This document shows positions 37,346 to 48,720 of a stretch of DNA of 64,000 bases, piece after piece. Location: assembly GCA_950097015.1 (NCBI GenBank), contig CATNEN010000001.1:16368001-16432000 (forward strand). Direction: 5' to 3'. Under the pieces are notes generated by a model, which was given only the letters and a program-made list of their open reading frames with translations, was not told the DNA's origin and ran no database searches. The position numbers and the translations under genes were made by a program. How positions within the stretch are numbered: the stretch's first letter is position 1; the number at the start of each line of letters is the position of its first letter. Source of the stretch: Macrostomum hystrix (lineage: Eukaryota; Animalia; Platyhelminthes).

Positions 37346-37825
37346 GCCTGTCGCCGTCGCTTAGCATCGCGGCTCTTCTTTAAACTGCTAGCGCCGCGTC
37401 GAACCATGATTGAGAAATGAGAAGTGAAATGAAATAGTTGAGAAAGAATGATAAGGTTTGAAAGGTAAAAGTTTGTGATTTGGATGTCTGAAGAATCAGA
37501 TAAGGTGCCCTTATAGCCAAACTAAGTGCAGGCTATTTATCATCCAGTGGGCTGAATCGGCCCCTTATCTTAAGACGCAGTGTAAAAACTGAAAAATCGA
37601 TAAAGAAGAAAGGGGTCTCAATCTTAAAAACCTATGATTTCGGGTGTGGGCTCTCCAGGCGGGTGTGCACATTCCAGGGCAGAGGGCTAACAAAGTACAC
37701 TGGTCTGCGCCAGCCTGAAAATGAAGCGGGTTAGGGTACTAATGTACATGCTAATACTATACCCAGCAGAGAACCAATGTCGCTGTTGTATTAAACTGTT
37801 GGACACATTTAGAAAACAGACAGTT

Positions 37826-37941
37826 ATTCAAACTCTGGTTTTGCAATGTTTCAGACTCTGGTTTAGCCATGATTCAAGCTCTGGTTTAGCCATGATTCAG
37901 ACGCTGGTTTTGCCAGCCATGATTCAAACTCTGGTTTAGCC
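37826..37941. repeat. 23-bp minisatellite type A (short array)
   Basis: tggtttagccatgattcaaactc units. A further short array lies at ~17445-17510. Confidence 0.85.
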
Positions 37942-38556
37942 GGTGTTCTATGATTTATGATATTTTTTTTATTTACGAAATGAAAAAAATAAATTGAAAT
38001 AATCTTCAATCACTACTGGCTGAAAATTAGTCTAAATGATTTGACGCAGTGCAGAATCGAACCCTAGCCTAGCCTAACCTATTCCTAGTGCCTACACATC
38101 GGCTATTCCGACTGTTGGTTAGTGGGTGCAAAAATCAGCCTTATAAAATGAATTCTCAAAGTTCTGGCTTTGTACAATGAAGTAAGAAAATAGAGTACAC
38201 TCAGTCTCGCGGTTGGTTGTGTACATTTATTTCCAATTTGTCTCCAGAGTGCAGGCTTCAAATTCAATCAGCTAGGGGTTGTTGCGCAATTTGACGATGC
38301 AATTCTAATTCAGTGGCAGTGAGTAAAATTCTCAATAGGCCAAGATGGTTTGACCTTTGAAAGAAATCATGTTTTTCGAATATTTAATCCCCTTAGCAAT
38401 TTAGTTAAGCTTAATAAAAATACGTGTACCGATTCGGGACCATTTGTGATCTTTTGGTGAAGAAATGGTGAAAATCGGTTGAGCCGTTCGGGAGAAAATC
38501 AATTACAACCAAGCAAGCAAGCAAGCAAGCAAACATTTCATTTTTAGTATAGTGGA

Positions 38557-38586
38557 CTAGCAAGTTTTGCCCCCCTTCGGGGAGCA
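38557..38586 (-). terminator. Helitron 3' terminus: hairpin GCTCCCC-GAA-GGGGGGC + 8 nt + CTAG
   Basis: The minus strand reads gctccccgaaggggggcaaaacttgCTAG and abuts the TC 5' end of unit B. Confidence 0.88.
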
Positions 38587-39594
38587 GAAATAATTAAATT
38601 TCGTCTAATATATACCATTTAGCAGGAGTACTTTAAGTGTCTTTCTTAAGCTTAAGCTTAAAATAGGAATTTTTGGAGATCGTTAATAACGCATTTTAGG
38701 TAAAACAAAACTATCAACTTTTTACAGTTTTTTAGTTTAGAGCCCTGTATATGTCAATGTGTTTGATAAAAATTATCTTATTTATTTTTTTCATAAAACT
38801 GTTGCGAGCACTTTTTTAGATGTTACTGAAAATAAATTAAATGTTATTCCAAGAAATTGCACCTTTCCGAGAAATGACTTGCTTTATTCCGATTTTCTTG
38901 TTGCTTGTATTGTTCATGTGTACTAAAGTTTCATACACATCCAGACAAATTTTTTACTTTCTTCATTTGTAAGTAAATTTCTAAGCCCTGCTCATCGTAC
39001 TAACTGCGACTGCAATGTTCCGAACAATAAGTAGCTCAGCATTGCAACTATTGCCCTTAAATGAGGCCCCTATTATTATAATAAATGACTTAAAGAGTCA
39101 GTTCAATGCAGCTATCTCATTGTGAATGGACTTTGTAAAAGCAACTGGAGCTACATCCTTCGACATTTGACGCTTTTAATAAAGCTAACACTGGCTATAC
39201 ATAGCTATGATATATGATAAATTATATTATCATACTAAATTCCCCCCTCACATTTCTAGTCACACTCCTCAGCAGACTTCTCTTTTCTTATATGCCTCAT
39301 TCACATTGTCAAAAATTATTTTGAATCACATCTCAATTTTTAGAAAGGTCTGTTTCGAAATAGATCCCAATTTGATGGGACCTCTTTTTTTAGTAATCCA
39401 TTATGTATCATTCTTCATTACAAATGCATGCCTGACAATTTGTCTTTTAAAATAGAATAAGGCAGGTTCCAGGAGTGTAGATTCATGAATCATGGGACTG
39501 GTCTTTGTCCACTGAAACATTCATTTGTATTTCTTCAATTACAAAACACACTGCAAACAACAAAACAACAACAATTGAATGACTATTAGGCAAA

Positions 39595-40085
39595 ATTATC
39601 GTACAAATTTTTATTCAAATATATTTTCATCACGATGTTATAAGACAACAAAATCAAAGTGTAGAGAATTCAATTCAATGAGAATAGAAAACATTGCTTT
39701 GCGCCTAAAAAATTATTTACAATAACATTACAGACGACGAATTTGCAGAAGGCTCCGCCAACAAGACAGTATCATTGCACAGATCATTGCATTTGACTGC
39801 AAGAATAATGGTGTCAATCCTACTGCTTGTTGGCTTGCTTTACTCTGCACTGCTGGTCAGAGGCATTCACTGGGGCAAGTTAAGTTCACGCACTCAACGT
39901 CACACAAAAAGCTTAGCTATCACAAGTCTCTAGGTTTGCTGGAGCTGCTTCAAACCTCTCAATGGCTGCATACCCTCAGTTTTAGAGTGGAAGAACCTCT
40001 GAATCGTGGAAAAGCAGCGAACACGTTATTTCAACCACTCTCTCAAGGCCCATTGATATGCAGCCAACCTGCTTTATTTACCTAA
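39595..40085. repeat. ~0.45-0.5-kb direct repeat, second copy at ~43900-44350
   Basis: attatcgtacaaatttttattc...caacctgctttatttacct is near-identical in both places apart from one ~40-bp indel. Confidence 0.9.
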
Positions 40086-40678
40086 ATTAATCTCATTTGA
40101 TAAGTTTAGCAAATAGTACAAATTTGTGCACACAAATTTGCACAGATAGTTTCCGATAATAAGTACTCGTAGTTGAAGAGTTTCACTCATGGCAGAAACT
40201 TTTCATTACCTTACAGACACCCCTCTTGCTATTCTTAATTCTGGTATGGAATTACCCCAATTTATTTAGGCCTATGCTATAATTCCTCTTCTTGTTTGCT
40301 ATGATCCTAATTTAATTATTCAACGATTCCAATTTAGTTATTCAATGATTCCCATTTACTTATTCAATGATCCAATTTAGTTATGCAATGATCCAATTTA
40401 GTTATGCAAAATGATCCCTATCTCGTTATACGACGATTCCTATTCTGGTTTGCTGTGATCCCCATTTAGTTATGCAATGATTTAAGTATAGATCCCGTTT
40501 TGATCCCATCTAATTTGAAATTATTAGGCAAATACGGCAGGATTTGCCTGATATGTCTCAGTGGGCAATTTACATATCAGGATACACTACTTGTGATCAC
40601 TATTAAACACAGATACCAGTGCAAAAATGCACACAAGAAATACTCACGTTTATTGCAACTTTATTTGTCTTTCAAGTC

Positions 40679-42097
40679 TTACTCGTCCATGAAATCATGT
40701 GTTGGTCCAGGCTTCTCGGACTCATTGGGAGCCTTAGGGGTTGACATAGCCGGGATCTGCTGACTTCTGTAGACTTGATCTCGAGAAAATGTGACCTGTA
40801 AAATGAAATTAACATAAACTTATATTTTTTCTTTTATTCTAAAATAAACCTCAACTTTAAGGATAAGAGGCCTCATTAAACCGGTTAATAGCAAAGAAGT
40901 TAATTTTAATGATGAATCTAAGAAGTCAATAACTTAATGCTACTTCAGTAGCCTCTGACACCATGTTACTATTTAACGCATACATAATAAAACCAAATTA
41001 CCTCTTTGTCTCCAAAGCGCACTCTAATTCTTCGCACCTCATTGAATTGTTTGAACATTCGCTCTGGGTACTGCAATACCATTTCGTCGTCATGGATAGC
41101 ATTTTTCTCCCGCTGGGAGCTTTGCGTCACGCGTATCTCCTCGAAGCACTGTTGGCTAGAAACGGCATCCTTGTACCACTGGGTAATGACGGAGACATCA
41201 ACAGAGTCTTCTGGCCAATGCTGAATTTCCGCTTTTGAATATCCGAGACTGATTGTCTGGGAATATTCCTGGACTTGAGCACCATGAATCGCTAGAACGT
41301 CGCCCACAGACCAGTCATTCACTTGGGCAGAAGAGCTGGACCAAAATGTGCACGACAAGGAAGACCCGGACTGATCAAAAAGCGTCACTTTTGCCAGGTT
41401 GACAAGTTTTCCGAAACCGGTTTTAACTTCCGTTGGTTTCTGGACAGCAGAAATCGTGCCATATACGTTAACATTCCTGAGATATGTCATGCAAAGGGTG
41501 AATTAAAAAGTATGCATTAACTCATTCACTAAGCACTTCTGTTTCTTCACTGACTGATTTAAATAAGTTTCCCTAGAAATAGTTCGCTAACCTAACAATC
41601 AAAATATATGATACATGAATATATATTCCACATCCTTTCCATGTTATTTTTAATTGCAACAAGCAAACTTACATTTTCATTTCACACTCCGAAATCTCTT
41701 TTATCTTCTTATAGCTCGGTGCACGTCGAGTGACGGTCTCGAGGGTCCTCACAATGGCTCCACTTTGGTCAATTGAAACTGTTAGCTCGTGCTCATTGTC
41801 CGTAGTGCTGTACCTGGGATCCGCCTTCTTCACCCAGCCGCCGGATATGCGGACGGCCACGCCCTCACGGCACACGTCTAGGAAAGGCTTAAGATCCTTT
41901 CCGAACACGCTTACACGAATATCGCCGGTGTCGTCACAGAGGATAAAGGAGAACACTTGGCCTGGTCCTCTTTTGCCTTCAAAGTCCGTGATTTTGGACA
42001 GCCTCATTACCAGGCCAACGATCGCAGCGTGCATCAGGCCCGGAAGCAGAGCAGAGATACACACTTTGCTTTTCTTGGCTCCTTCGCATGACTCCAT
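40679..42097 (-). CDS. RPA70-like two-OB protein, subfamily 3; exons 42097-41673, 41476-41002, 40795-40679
   Basis: GPGQVFSFILCDDTGDIRVSVFG, VKKADPRYSTTDNEHELT and VTLFDQSGSSLSCTFW. Same intron positions and phases as copy 1. Ends ...HDFMDE*. Confidence 0.88.
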
Positions 42098-42943
42098 ATT
42101 GCTCGATTGTTGATTGTCAAAAATATAGATGATAAATTTCACAAATAAGTCCTTTATGGCTTGTAGTTTGATAGTTTCAGCATCAAGGCCAATTGTGCAA
42201 GTTTTTATTGACCCATTTCGGACAACCCCAAATCTGATGACTCATATCAATGGCATGATTCGGTGCTAATTGAGGGTGCCATGTAAAAATCAATAATAAG
42301 ATCTGGCTAACCAATCAGAAAGAGTTTTGTTCTGCAATTTTCTTATCCACCCACTGGGCTACTTGTTGTGGATTGGATGGTGATTGCCTTAGCTGTTACA
42401 TTGCTATTTTATGTACAGTGTCGGGTGTCAGAGTCGATTATGGTGCGACTTGTTATGCAATCTGTTTTCGACACACTTTAATAATAGAACACCAAAACAA
42501 TCTCATATGCACAGTGTAATTGGGGCGCCAGTGCGGCGTGTGGCTAAAAATAGAGGTTTTCAAGTCAGCCAACAGCAGTTAGCTGCATTCATTTAAAGTG
42601 CTTTCATTTAAGTGCCCGTGCCAGACCCACCCTAGTGAGACGGTTCAGTCATCACCAACAGCTAAAGCCTCATGAAGCTTACCAATGAAGCCTCACCCGA
42701 TTTTAACTGGGGTTGGGGTGGCCCTAAGCTGGTAGTCATTTTTGACCAATAAGAAACGGGCTTTAATAAAAATGAAATGAGTTTCGTTTGGTTTGCAAGG
42801 CTTTCAAACCAATCTCGCTAATTCTTGCTTGGCGTGAGTGCGCGTATATAACCCAGAGCCTAAAATATATTCTTCCATTCATCCATTCATTCCTCGCAAT
42901 CCAATCCAATCCAATTTGAAAAAAATTCTAAACAATTAAAGAA

Positions 42944-43179
42944 ATGAAATTCACCAAAAATTTCTATGGCGGCGGCGGGCGGTGTGGAGGCCGTGGAGGC
43001 CGTGGCGGTGGCCAGCGTAAACCAAGTAAGTCTCATTTCTAAGTCTCATTCTCGTAATTACGTCTTTCGAAACCACCTGTGGAGTAAAATTGCACTTTGC
43101 CAAACTTAACAGTGGCCTGTTATCTCTGCGCCGGGCCCCACCCCGTGGCCCGCTGCCCGGAGCTGGCTGAGCTGCGGCT

Positions 43180-43221
<42 letters not shown>

Positions 43222-43459
43222 GGAGCAGCATCTGCATCATGAGCGGCAGCAGGAGCAGCAGCTGCATCATGAACGGCAGCACGAGCAGCAGCAGCAGCTG
43301 CATCATGAGCGGCTCCAGAAAAAGCAGCAGGCACCTCCGCAGCAGCAGCATCATGAGCGGCAGCCACCTAAGAAACAACCGCCACCTAAGCAGCCAGCCA
43401 AGCAGCAGCCAGCCAAGCAGCGGTCGAATGAGGCGGAGGACGAAGAAATGTCCTTCTAA
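42944..43459 (+). CDS. RGG + CCHC zinc knuckle + poly-Q/His protein with acidic tip, intact copy (exons 42944-43025, 43113-43459; 142 aa)
   Basis: MKFTKNFYGGGGRCGGRGGRGGGQRKP|MACYLCAGPHPVARCPELAELRL-polyQ/QLHHERQ repeats-NEAEDEEMSF*. Donor gtaagt, acceptor ttaacag, and TATA box tatataa at ~42845. Confidence 0.8.
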
Positions 43460-44667
43460 TTTGTTCGGTCCATAATTTGACTTCCAATTCAGTCAAAAAA
43501 GTAAAAAAGTAATTGTTTAGAAAAATAAAAAGTAATAACTTGCAACTATATTTTGATTAATTGATTCTCTTTTGTCTTCAATTTGATTTCAGTGACAATA
43601 ATATCATTAGTGAGGTGGGGGTTGGGCAGATGCTCCTGCAGAAATCGCCACCAGCAAGACCAGAAACCCTGTACAGTTTGATCAAATAGATCTATTCCCA
43701 GGTGTCAGTCTTTCTGCTTGCTGGCTTCAAGTCCGCATGGGAGATTGAATTTGAGAAGTCAATATTAGTAAAATAAGAAATGCAGCAATCAATCCACTTT
43801 AGGCCAGTTGATTCGTCAAACTCATTCTCACATACTTCAGTGACAATGAAATCAGTAGTGAGGTTGGTTGGGTAGATGCTTCTGCAGAAATTGCCAAGAT
43901 TATCGTACAAATTTTTATTCAAATATATTTTCATCATGATGTTATAAGATAACAAAATCAAAGTGTAGAGAATTCAATTCAATTTACAATAACATTACAG
44001 ACGACAAATTTGCAGAAGGCTCCGCCAACAAGACAGTATCATTGCACAGATCATTGCATTTGACTGCAAGAATAATGGTGTCAATCCTACTGCTTGTTGG
44101 CTTGCTATACTCTGCACTGCTGGTCAGAGGCATTCACTGGGGCAAGTTAAGTTCACGCACTCAACATCACACAAAAAGCTTAGCTATCAAAAGTCTCTAG
44201 GTTTGCTGGAGCTGCTTCAAACCTCTCAATGGCTGCATACCCTCAGTTTTAGAGTGGAAGAACCTCTGAATCGTGAAGAAGCAGCGAACACATTATTTCA
44301 ACCACTCTCTCAAGGCCCATTGATATGCAGCCAACCTGCTTTATTTACCTATTATTTACCTAAATTAATTTCACAATTGCATAACTAAATTATGATCATC
44401 GCATAGCTACATAAATTCATAAGGCTCATTGCATAGTATAAGGATTAGTACCAGGGGTGTCCGTAAAGTCTTGAAACTTTTCTGCTTCGGGTAAAACTTT
44501 TTATCTACTGCAACAAAACATGCAACATATGTTTGCGGCGCAACTGTGTAAACTTTAAGTGCAAAAATGGAAGCACTATTGTTAAAACCATAAAAATGCA
44601 TGCCCATATTAGTGCAAAGGTATCTAGTGTTACCATGCAGAAGTTAGGAATACGTAGCGAATTCGGA

Positions 44668-46201
44668 GCCTTCAGGCTCCGAACGTAAAGGTTGCACTCA
44701 TGAAGCAACGTCTGTAGCAGCTCCTGTAGCTCTGGCTTCACCCTATCGCTCAGACTGCTGGCTTTCGAGTTCGCGGTCAGTAAAGTACACCTGCCAGCCG
44801 CGAGGAACAGCAGACGCTTCAGCAAACAGCGGCATAGCAGTGTGGTGCAGCTGACCGCTGATGATGTAGCTAGGATTCCAGCCTGGCACCAACCGCGGCT
44901 TGGCAATCAGCGAGGTCAGGTGCAGCACAGAGTTATAGCTCCGGATGTTGGTCAGGAACTCTGAGCTCATGCCGTGCCGGCCAATGTACAGGTCAGCCAG
45001 CAGCTGTGGCACAGTCCGGGTGGGCAGCTTCACCTTGCCTCCAGCACAGCATAAATTGCCTGTCTCCATGCGGAACAGCTTGGCACCGCAATGGTTGCAT
45101 GCCCAGTCCATTGGCCCGCAGTCATGGGCTGGAGCTTCTGGCCTCGCCATCGTCTCAGGCCTGATAATAAAAATGGAATGTATCTCTTAGTAACTGTTAA
45201 ATGTAAATGTAACTGTTAATCTTGTGTCAGTTTAACTTGCAGTAGCGGGTCCGTCTTCAGCGCGGCCCGCAGTCTCATGTTCCGCCGGCATCGCGCTGGG
45301 GCCCTTGGCTTTCTTGGCCCTCTTGGCAGGAGTTCTGCTTGCTGCCAGGCTTGGGAACTCAGCATCTGTAAAGGCTTGCAAAGGCTCTCGAAGTCTCAGT
45401 GACTCGTAATGTTCATGGCGCAAGAGCACACGCACAATGGCATTAGGAGGGCGCAAATTAGCCCTAAAATACTGCATCACATTACCATTGGCCTGGTAAA
45501 TGACCAGATCCACATCAAAGCAGCGGCTCAACAAAGAGGCAACTTCATCTGAAACATAAATTCCTGCTTGAAACGAGGAATTCACGATCTCATCAGCACT
45601 CTCAGGTGCAATGAGGCCATCTGCAATCAGCTGTGGCATGAGTTCTGCAACACGGCAAGACAAGTCCTGCCGCAGGGAGGCTGCGTCAGTTTCCAGGGTT
45701 CCACGCAGCTGATCACACACAGGATAAAAAAAGCAATTGCCATCACCAACAATGGGGATTACCTGCAACTGCTCAAAGGGTACAATAGCTTCTGTACCTT
45801 GCTGCTGGGTGTCCGACCTAAGGGGCAATGAGTGAACGTAAGCACAGCAGCCTTAATTGGCTTTTTAAGACAATTCATTCCTCAAAAATCGTTGTCCGCT
45901 TAATTTATACAGAATAAAATAGATACTACAAATTATCCCCTTCAAGGCAATTCAGAAAAAAAAATAAAGACTTGTTATAAAACGGCCATAAAACTCACCT
46001 AGAAACCACAGCTCCACGGCGACGAATGCGATCGGCTTCCAATCGGGCAGCCTGCTCTGCCTCAGTCTCAGCATGTCTGCGCTGAGCATCCCGCTGCCGC
46101 TGTTCTTCCAGTCGGGCAGCCCGCTCTGCCTCGGATTCTGCCTGTCGCCGTCGCTTGGCATCGCGGCTCTTCTTTAAACTGCTGGCGCCGCGTCGAACCA
46201 T
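44668..46201 (-). pseudogene. 3'-truncated Helitron RepHel (STPR, OTU and zinc-finger exons)
   Basis: Close paralogue of 35660-37407. Homology stops abruptly at ~44667 after NLYVRSLKA. Confidence 0.9.
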
Positions 46202-46689
46202 GATTGAGAAATGAGAAGCGAAATGAAATAGTTGAGAAAGAATGATATGGTTTGAAAGATAAAAGTTTGTGAATTTGGATGTCTGAAGAATCAGATAAGG
46301 CGCCCTTTAGCCAAACTAATTTGCAGGCTTTTTATCATCCAGTGGGCTGAATTGGAGCTTATCTTAAGACGCAGGGTAAAAACTGAAAAATTGATAAAGA
46401 AATAGGGGTCTAAATCTAAAAAACCTATGATTTGGGGTGTGGGCTCTCCAGGCCCGTTTGTCCACATTCCGGGGCAGAGGGCTCGCAATGTACACTGGTC
46501 TGCGCCAGCCAGTGAGAAAAGCTGTGATGTAATCTATTTATAAATTCGCAGACTGTCTCGCCAGTGGGGTTGACACAGTTATGTACATTTGACACACTGA
46601 AATTCTTATCAGTGTTATAACCAGTATCACTGATATAAGTGATATCATTAATATCAGTTATAATCAGTATCACTTTTAAAAAAACTGGC

Positions 46690-47757
46690 TTTGGAACTCT
46701 GGTTTAGCCTTGATTCAAACTCTGGTTTAGCCTTGATTCAAACTCGGGTTTAGCCTTCATTTAAACTCGGGTTTAGCCATGATTCAAACTCTGGTTTAGC
46801 CATAATTCAAACGCTGGATTAGCCATGATTGAAACTCGGGTTTAGCCTTCATTCAAACTCTGGTTTAGCCATGATTCAAACTCTGGTTCAGCCATGATTC
46901 AAGCTCTGGTTTAGCCATGATTCAGACGCTGTTTTTGCCATGATTCAAGCTCTGGTTTATCCATGATTCAGACGCTGTTTTTGCCATGATTCAAACTCTG
47001 GTTTAGCCATGATTCAGACTCAGGTTTAGCCATGATTCAAAGTCTGGTTTAGCCATTATAAAAATTCTTGTTTAGCCGTGATTCAAACTCTGGTTTAGCC
47101 ATGATTGAAACTCTGGTTTAGCAATGATTCAAGCAATGTATATCAATTCTCAGCTTAGAGTTCTGTCGATTTTGAGCCTAAATATCCTAGGTCTGTTATT
47201 GCTGAGCCTAAATTTCTATTAAAAGTTAAGCCTAGATATGTATCGATTCTAGTAATTTTTTAGAAACAGTTTTTAATGAGTCAAAAGTATTTTTAGCAGC
47301 TAACGATCTTAAGTATTTAAAAAATTAAAAATTTTTTAGTTTTTTCTGACGCCCATATAAAATATTTCAATTTATTGTTAGAGATAAGGATTTGTTATCA
47401 GTTGTTTCATTGTTTTCACTGTTTCTGGTTTAGCCATGATTCAAACGCTGGTTTAGCCATGATTCAAACTCTGGTTTAGCCATGATTCAAACTCTGGTTT
47501 TGCCATGATTCAAACGCTGGTTTAGCCATGATTCAAACGCTGGTTTAGCCATGATTCAAACGCTGGTTTAGCCATGATTCAAACGCTGGTCTAGCTATGA
47601 TTCAAACTCTGGTTTTGCCATGATTCAGACGCTTGTTTAGCTATGATTCAAACTCTGGTTTAGCCATGATTCAGACTCTGGTTTAGCCATGATTCAGACT
47701 CTGGTTTAGCCATGATTCAGACTCTGGTTTAGCCATGATTCAGACTCTGGTTTAGCC
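46690..47757. repeat. 23-bp minisatellite type A, two blocks (46690-47132, 47425-47757)
   Basis: Period 23 (ctgg at 47701, 47724, 47747). Confidence 0.94.
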
Positions 47758-48380
47758 GGTGTTCTATGATTTATGATATTTTATTTACGAAATGAAAAAA
47801 ATAAATTAAAATAGTCTTCAATCACTACTGGCTGAAAATTAGTCTAAATGATTTGACGCAGTGCAGAATCGAACCCTAGCCTAGCCTAACTTATTCCTAG
47901 TGCCTACACATCGGCTATTCCGACTGTTGGTTAGTGGGTGCAAAAATCAGCCTTATAAAATGAATTCTCAAAGCTCTGGCTTTGTACAATGAAGTAAGAA
48001 AATAGAGTACACTCAGTCTCGCGGTTGGTTGTGTACATTTATTTCCATTTTGTCTCCAGAGTGCAGGCTTCAAATTCAATCAGCTAGGGGTTGTTGCGCA
48101 ATTTGACGATGCAATTCTAATTCAGTGGCTGTCAGTGAAATTCTCAATAGGCCAAGATGGTTTGACCTTTGAAAAATCATGTTTTTCGAATATTTAATCC
48201 CCTTAGCAATGAAGTTAAGCTTAATAAAAATACGTGTATAATTGTCCCCATATTTGGCGTCTTTTAGTGAAGAAATAGTAAAAATCGGTTGAGCCGTTTA
48301 AAAATCGATCGCGCATACATATATATATATATATAGTTTTCATTTTCAGTATATATTTTTATTTATTTTTAGTATATAGA

Positions 48381-48720
48381 CTAGCTGCCTTCGCTACCCT
48401 CTGGGTAGCCTCCCTGTGAGTTCTTATCAGTACGCGCGTGCGTTATCAAAACTGGCTCTGATGCAATCATTAAATTTGGCACTGGAGGCCTCACTGTGCA
48501 CAAGCTGAAAACAAGAATGCATTAGAAAAGCCTATTTAAAACAGTTTTTCGAATATTTAATCCCCTTGGCAATGGAATTAAGCTTAATAAAAATACGTGT
48601 ACCGATTCCGGCCCATTTGTGATCTTTTGGCGAAGGAATTGTGAAAATCGGTTGAGCCGTTCGGGAGCTAGTCGATTGCAAACAAGCAAGCAAGATTTTC
48701 ATTTTTAGTATATTAGAAGA
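48381..48720 (-). mobile_element. Mini-Helitron 1 (340 bp)
   Basis: 5' TCttctaatatactaaaaatg, (gctt)n microsatellite, aacggctcaaccgattt motif. 3' hairpin GCTACCC-AGA-GGGTAGC followed by CTAG. Confidence 0.88.

Larger units (their letters stand above)
30934..37407 (-). pseudogene. Helitron transposase STPR-OTU-ZnF-Rep(HUH/Y2)-Pif1 helicase; exons 37407-36931, 36790-36206, 36152-35570, 35429-34568, 33913-33571, 33376-33061, 32977-31958, 31872-31791, 31703-30934
   Basis: OTU GDGNCFF/HYESL. GPM...CNHCGA...CCAGGKV. YNLPTANEV and LLFPHGEDGW. Rep motifs FVTATCNPKW, EYQKRGLPHVH and KYVIKY. Helicase DAPAGTGKT, SGIAATLLPGGQTAHS, LCNGTRL, TIHKAQGQSL and HGQLYTALSR. Disabled by stops (37120, 34998), several frameshifts, an insertion and an internal deletion. 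Confidence 0.95.
16841..38556 (-). mobile_element. Helitron unit B (most complete; ~15.6 kb plus nested LINE)
   Basis: 5' end TCcactatactaaaaatg at 38556. Residual 3' hairpin (ctccccgaagggga) at 16841-16854 with the terminal CTAG lost. Contains RepHel, zinc-knuckle and RPA-like genes. Confidence 0.8.
38557..48380 (-). mobile_element. Helitron unit C (non-autonomous, both termini intact, 9.8 kb)
   Basis: 5' TCtatatactaaaaa at 48380 and 3' hairpin-CTAG at 38557. Contains a truncated RepHel, an intact zinc-knuckle gene and an intact RPA-like gene. Confidence 0.85.

Noticed and set aside
30934-38556. Helentron/Helitron2 classification
   Set aside because: No C-terminal AP endonuclease after the helicase and no subterminal inverted repeats were seen. 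The termini are canonical TC...hairpin-CTAG with AT targets.
42951-43378. Minus-strand poly-Ala/poly-Leu ORFs and alternative poly-Ser frames
   Set aside because: Alternative readings of the CAG tract. The spliced plus-strand knuckle frame is the one conserved across copies.
46690-47757. 23-bp and 18-bp repeat arrays as CRISPR arrays
   Set aside because: The units are contiguous with no unique spacers, there are no cas genes, and the context is eukaryotic.
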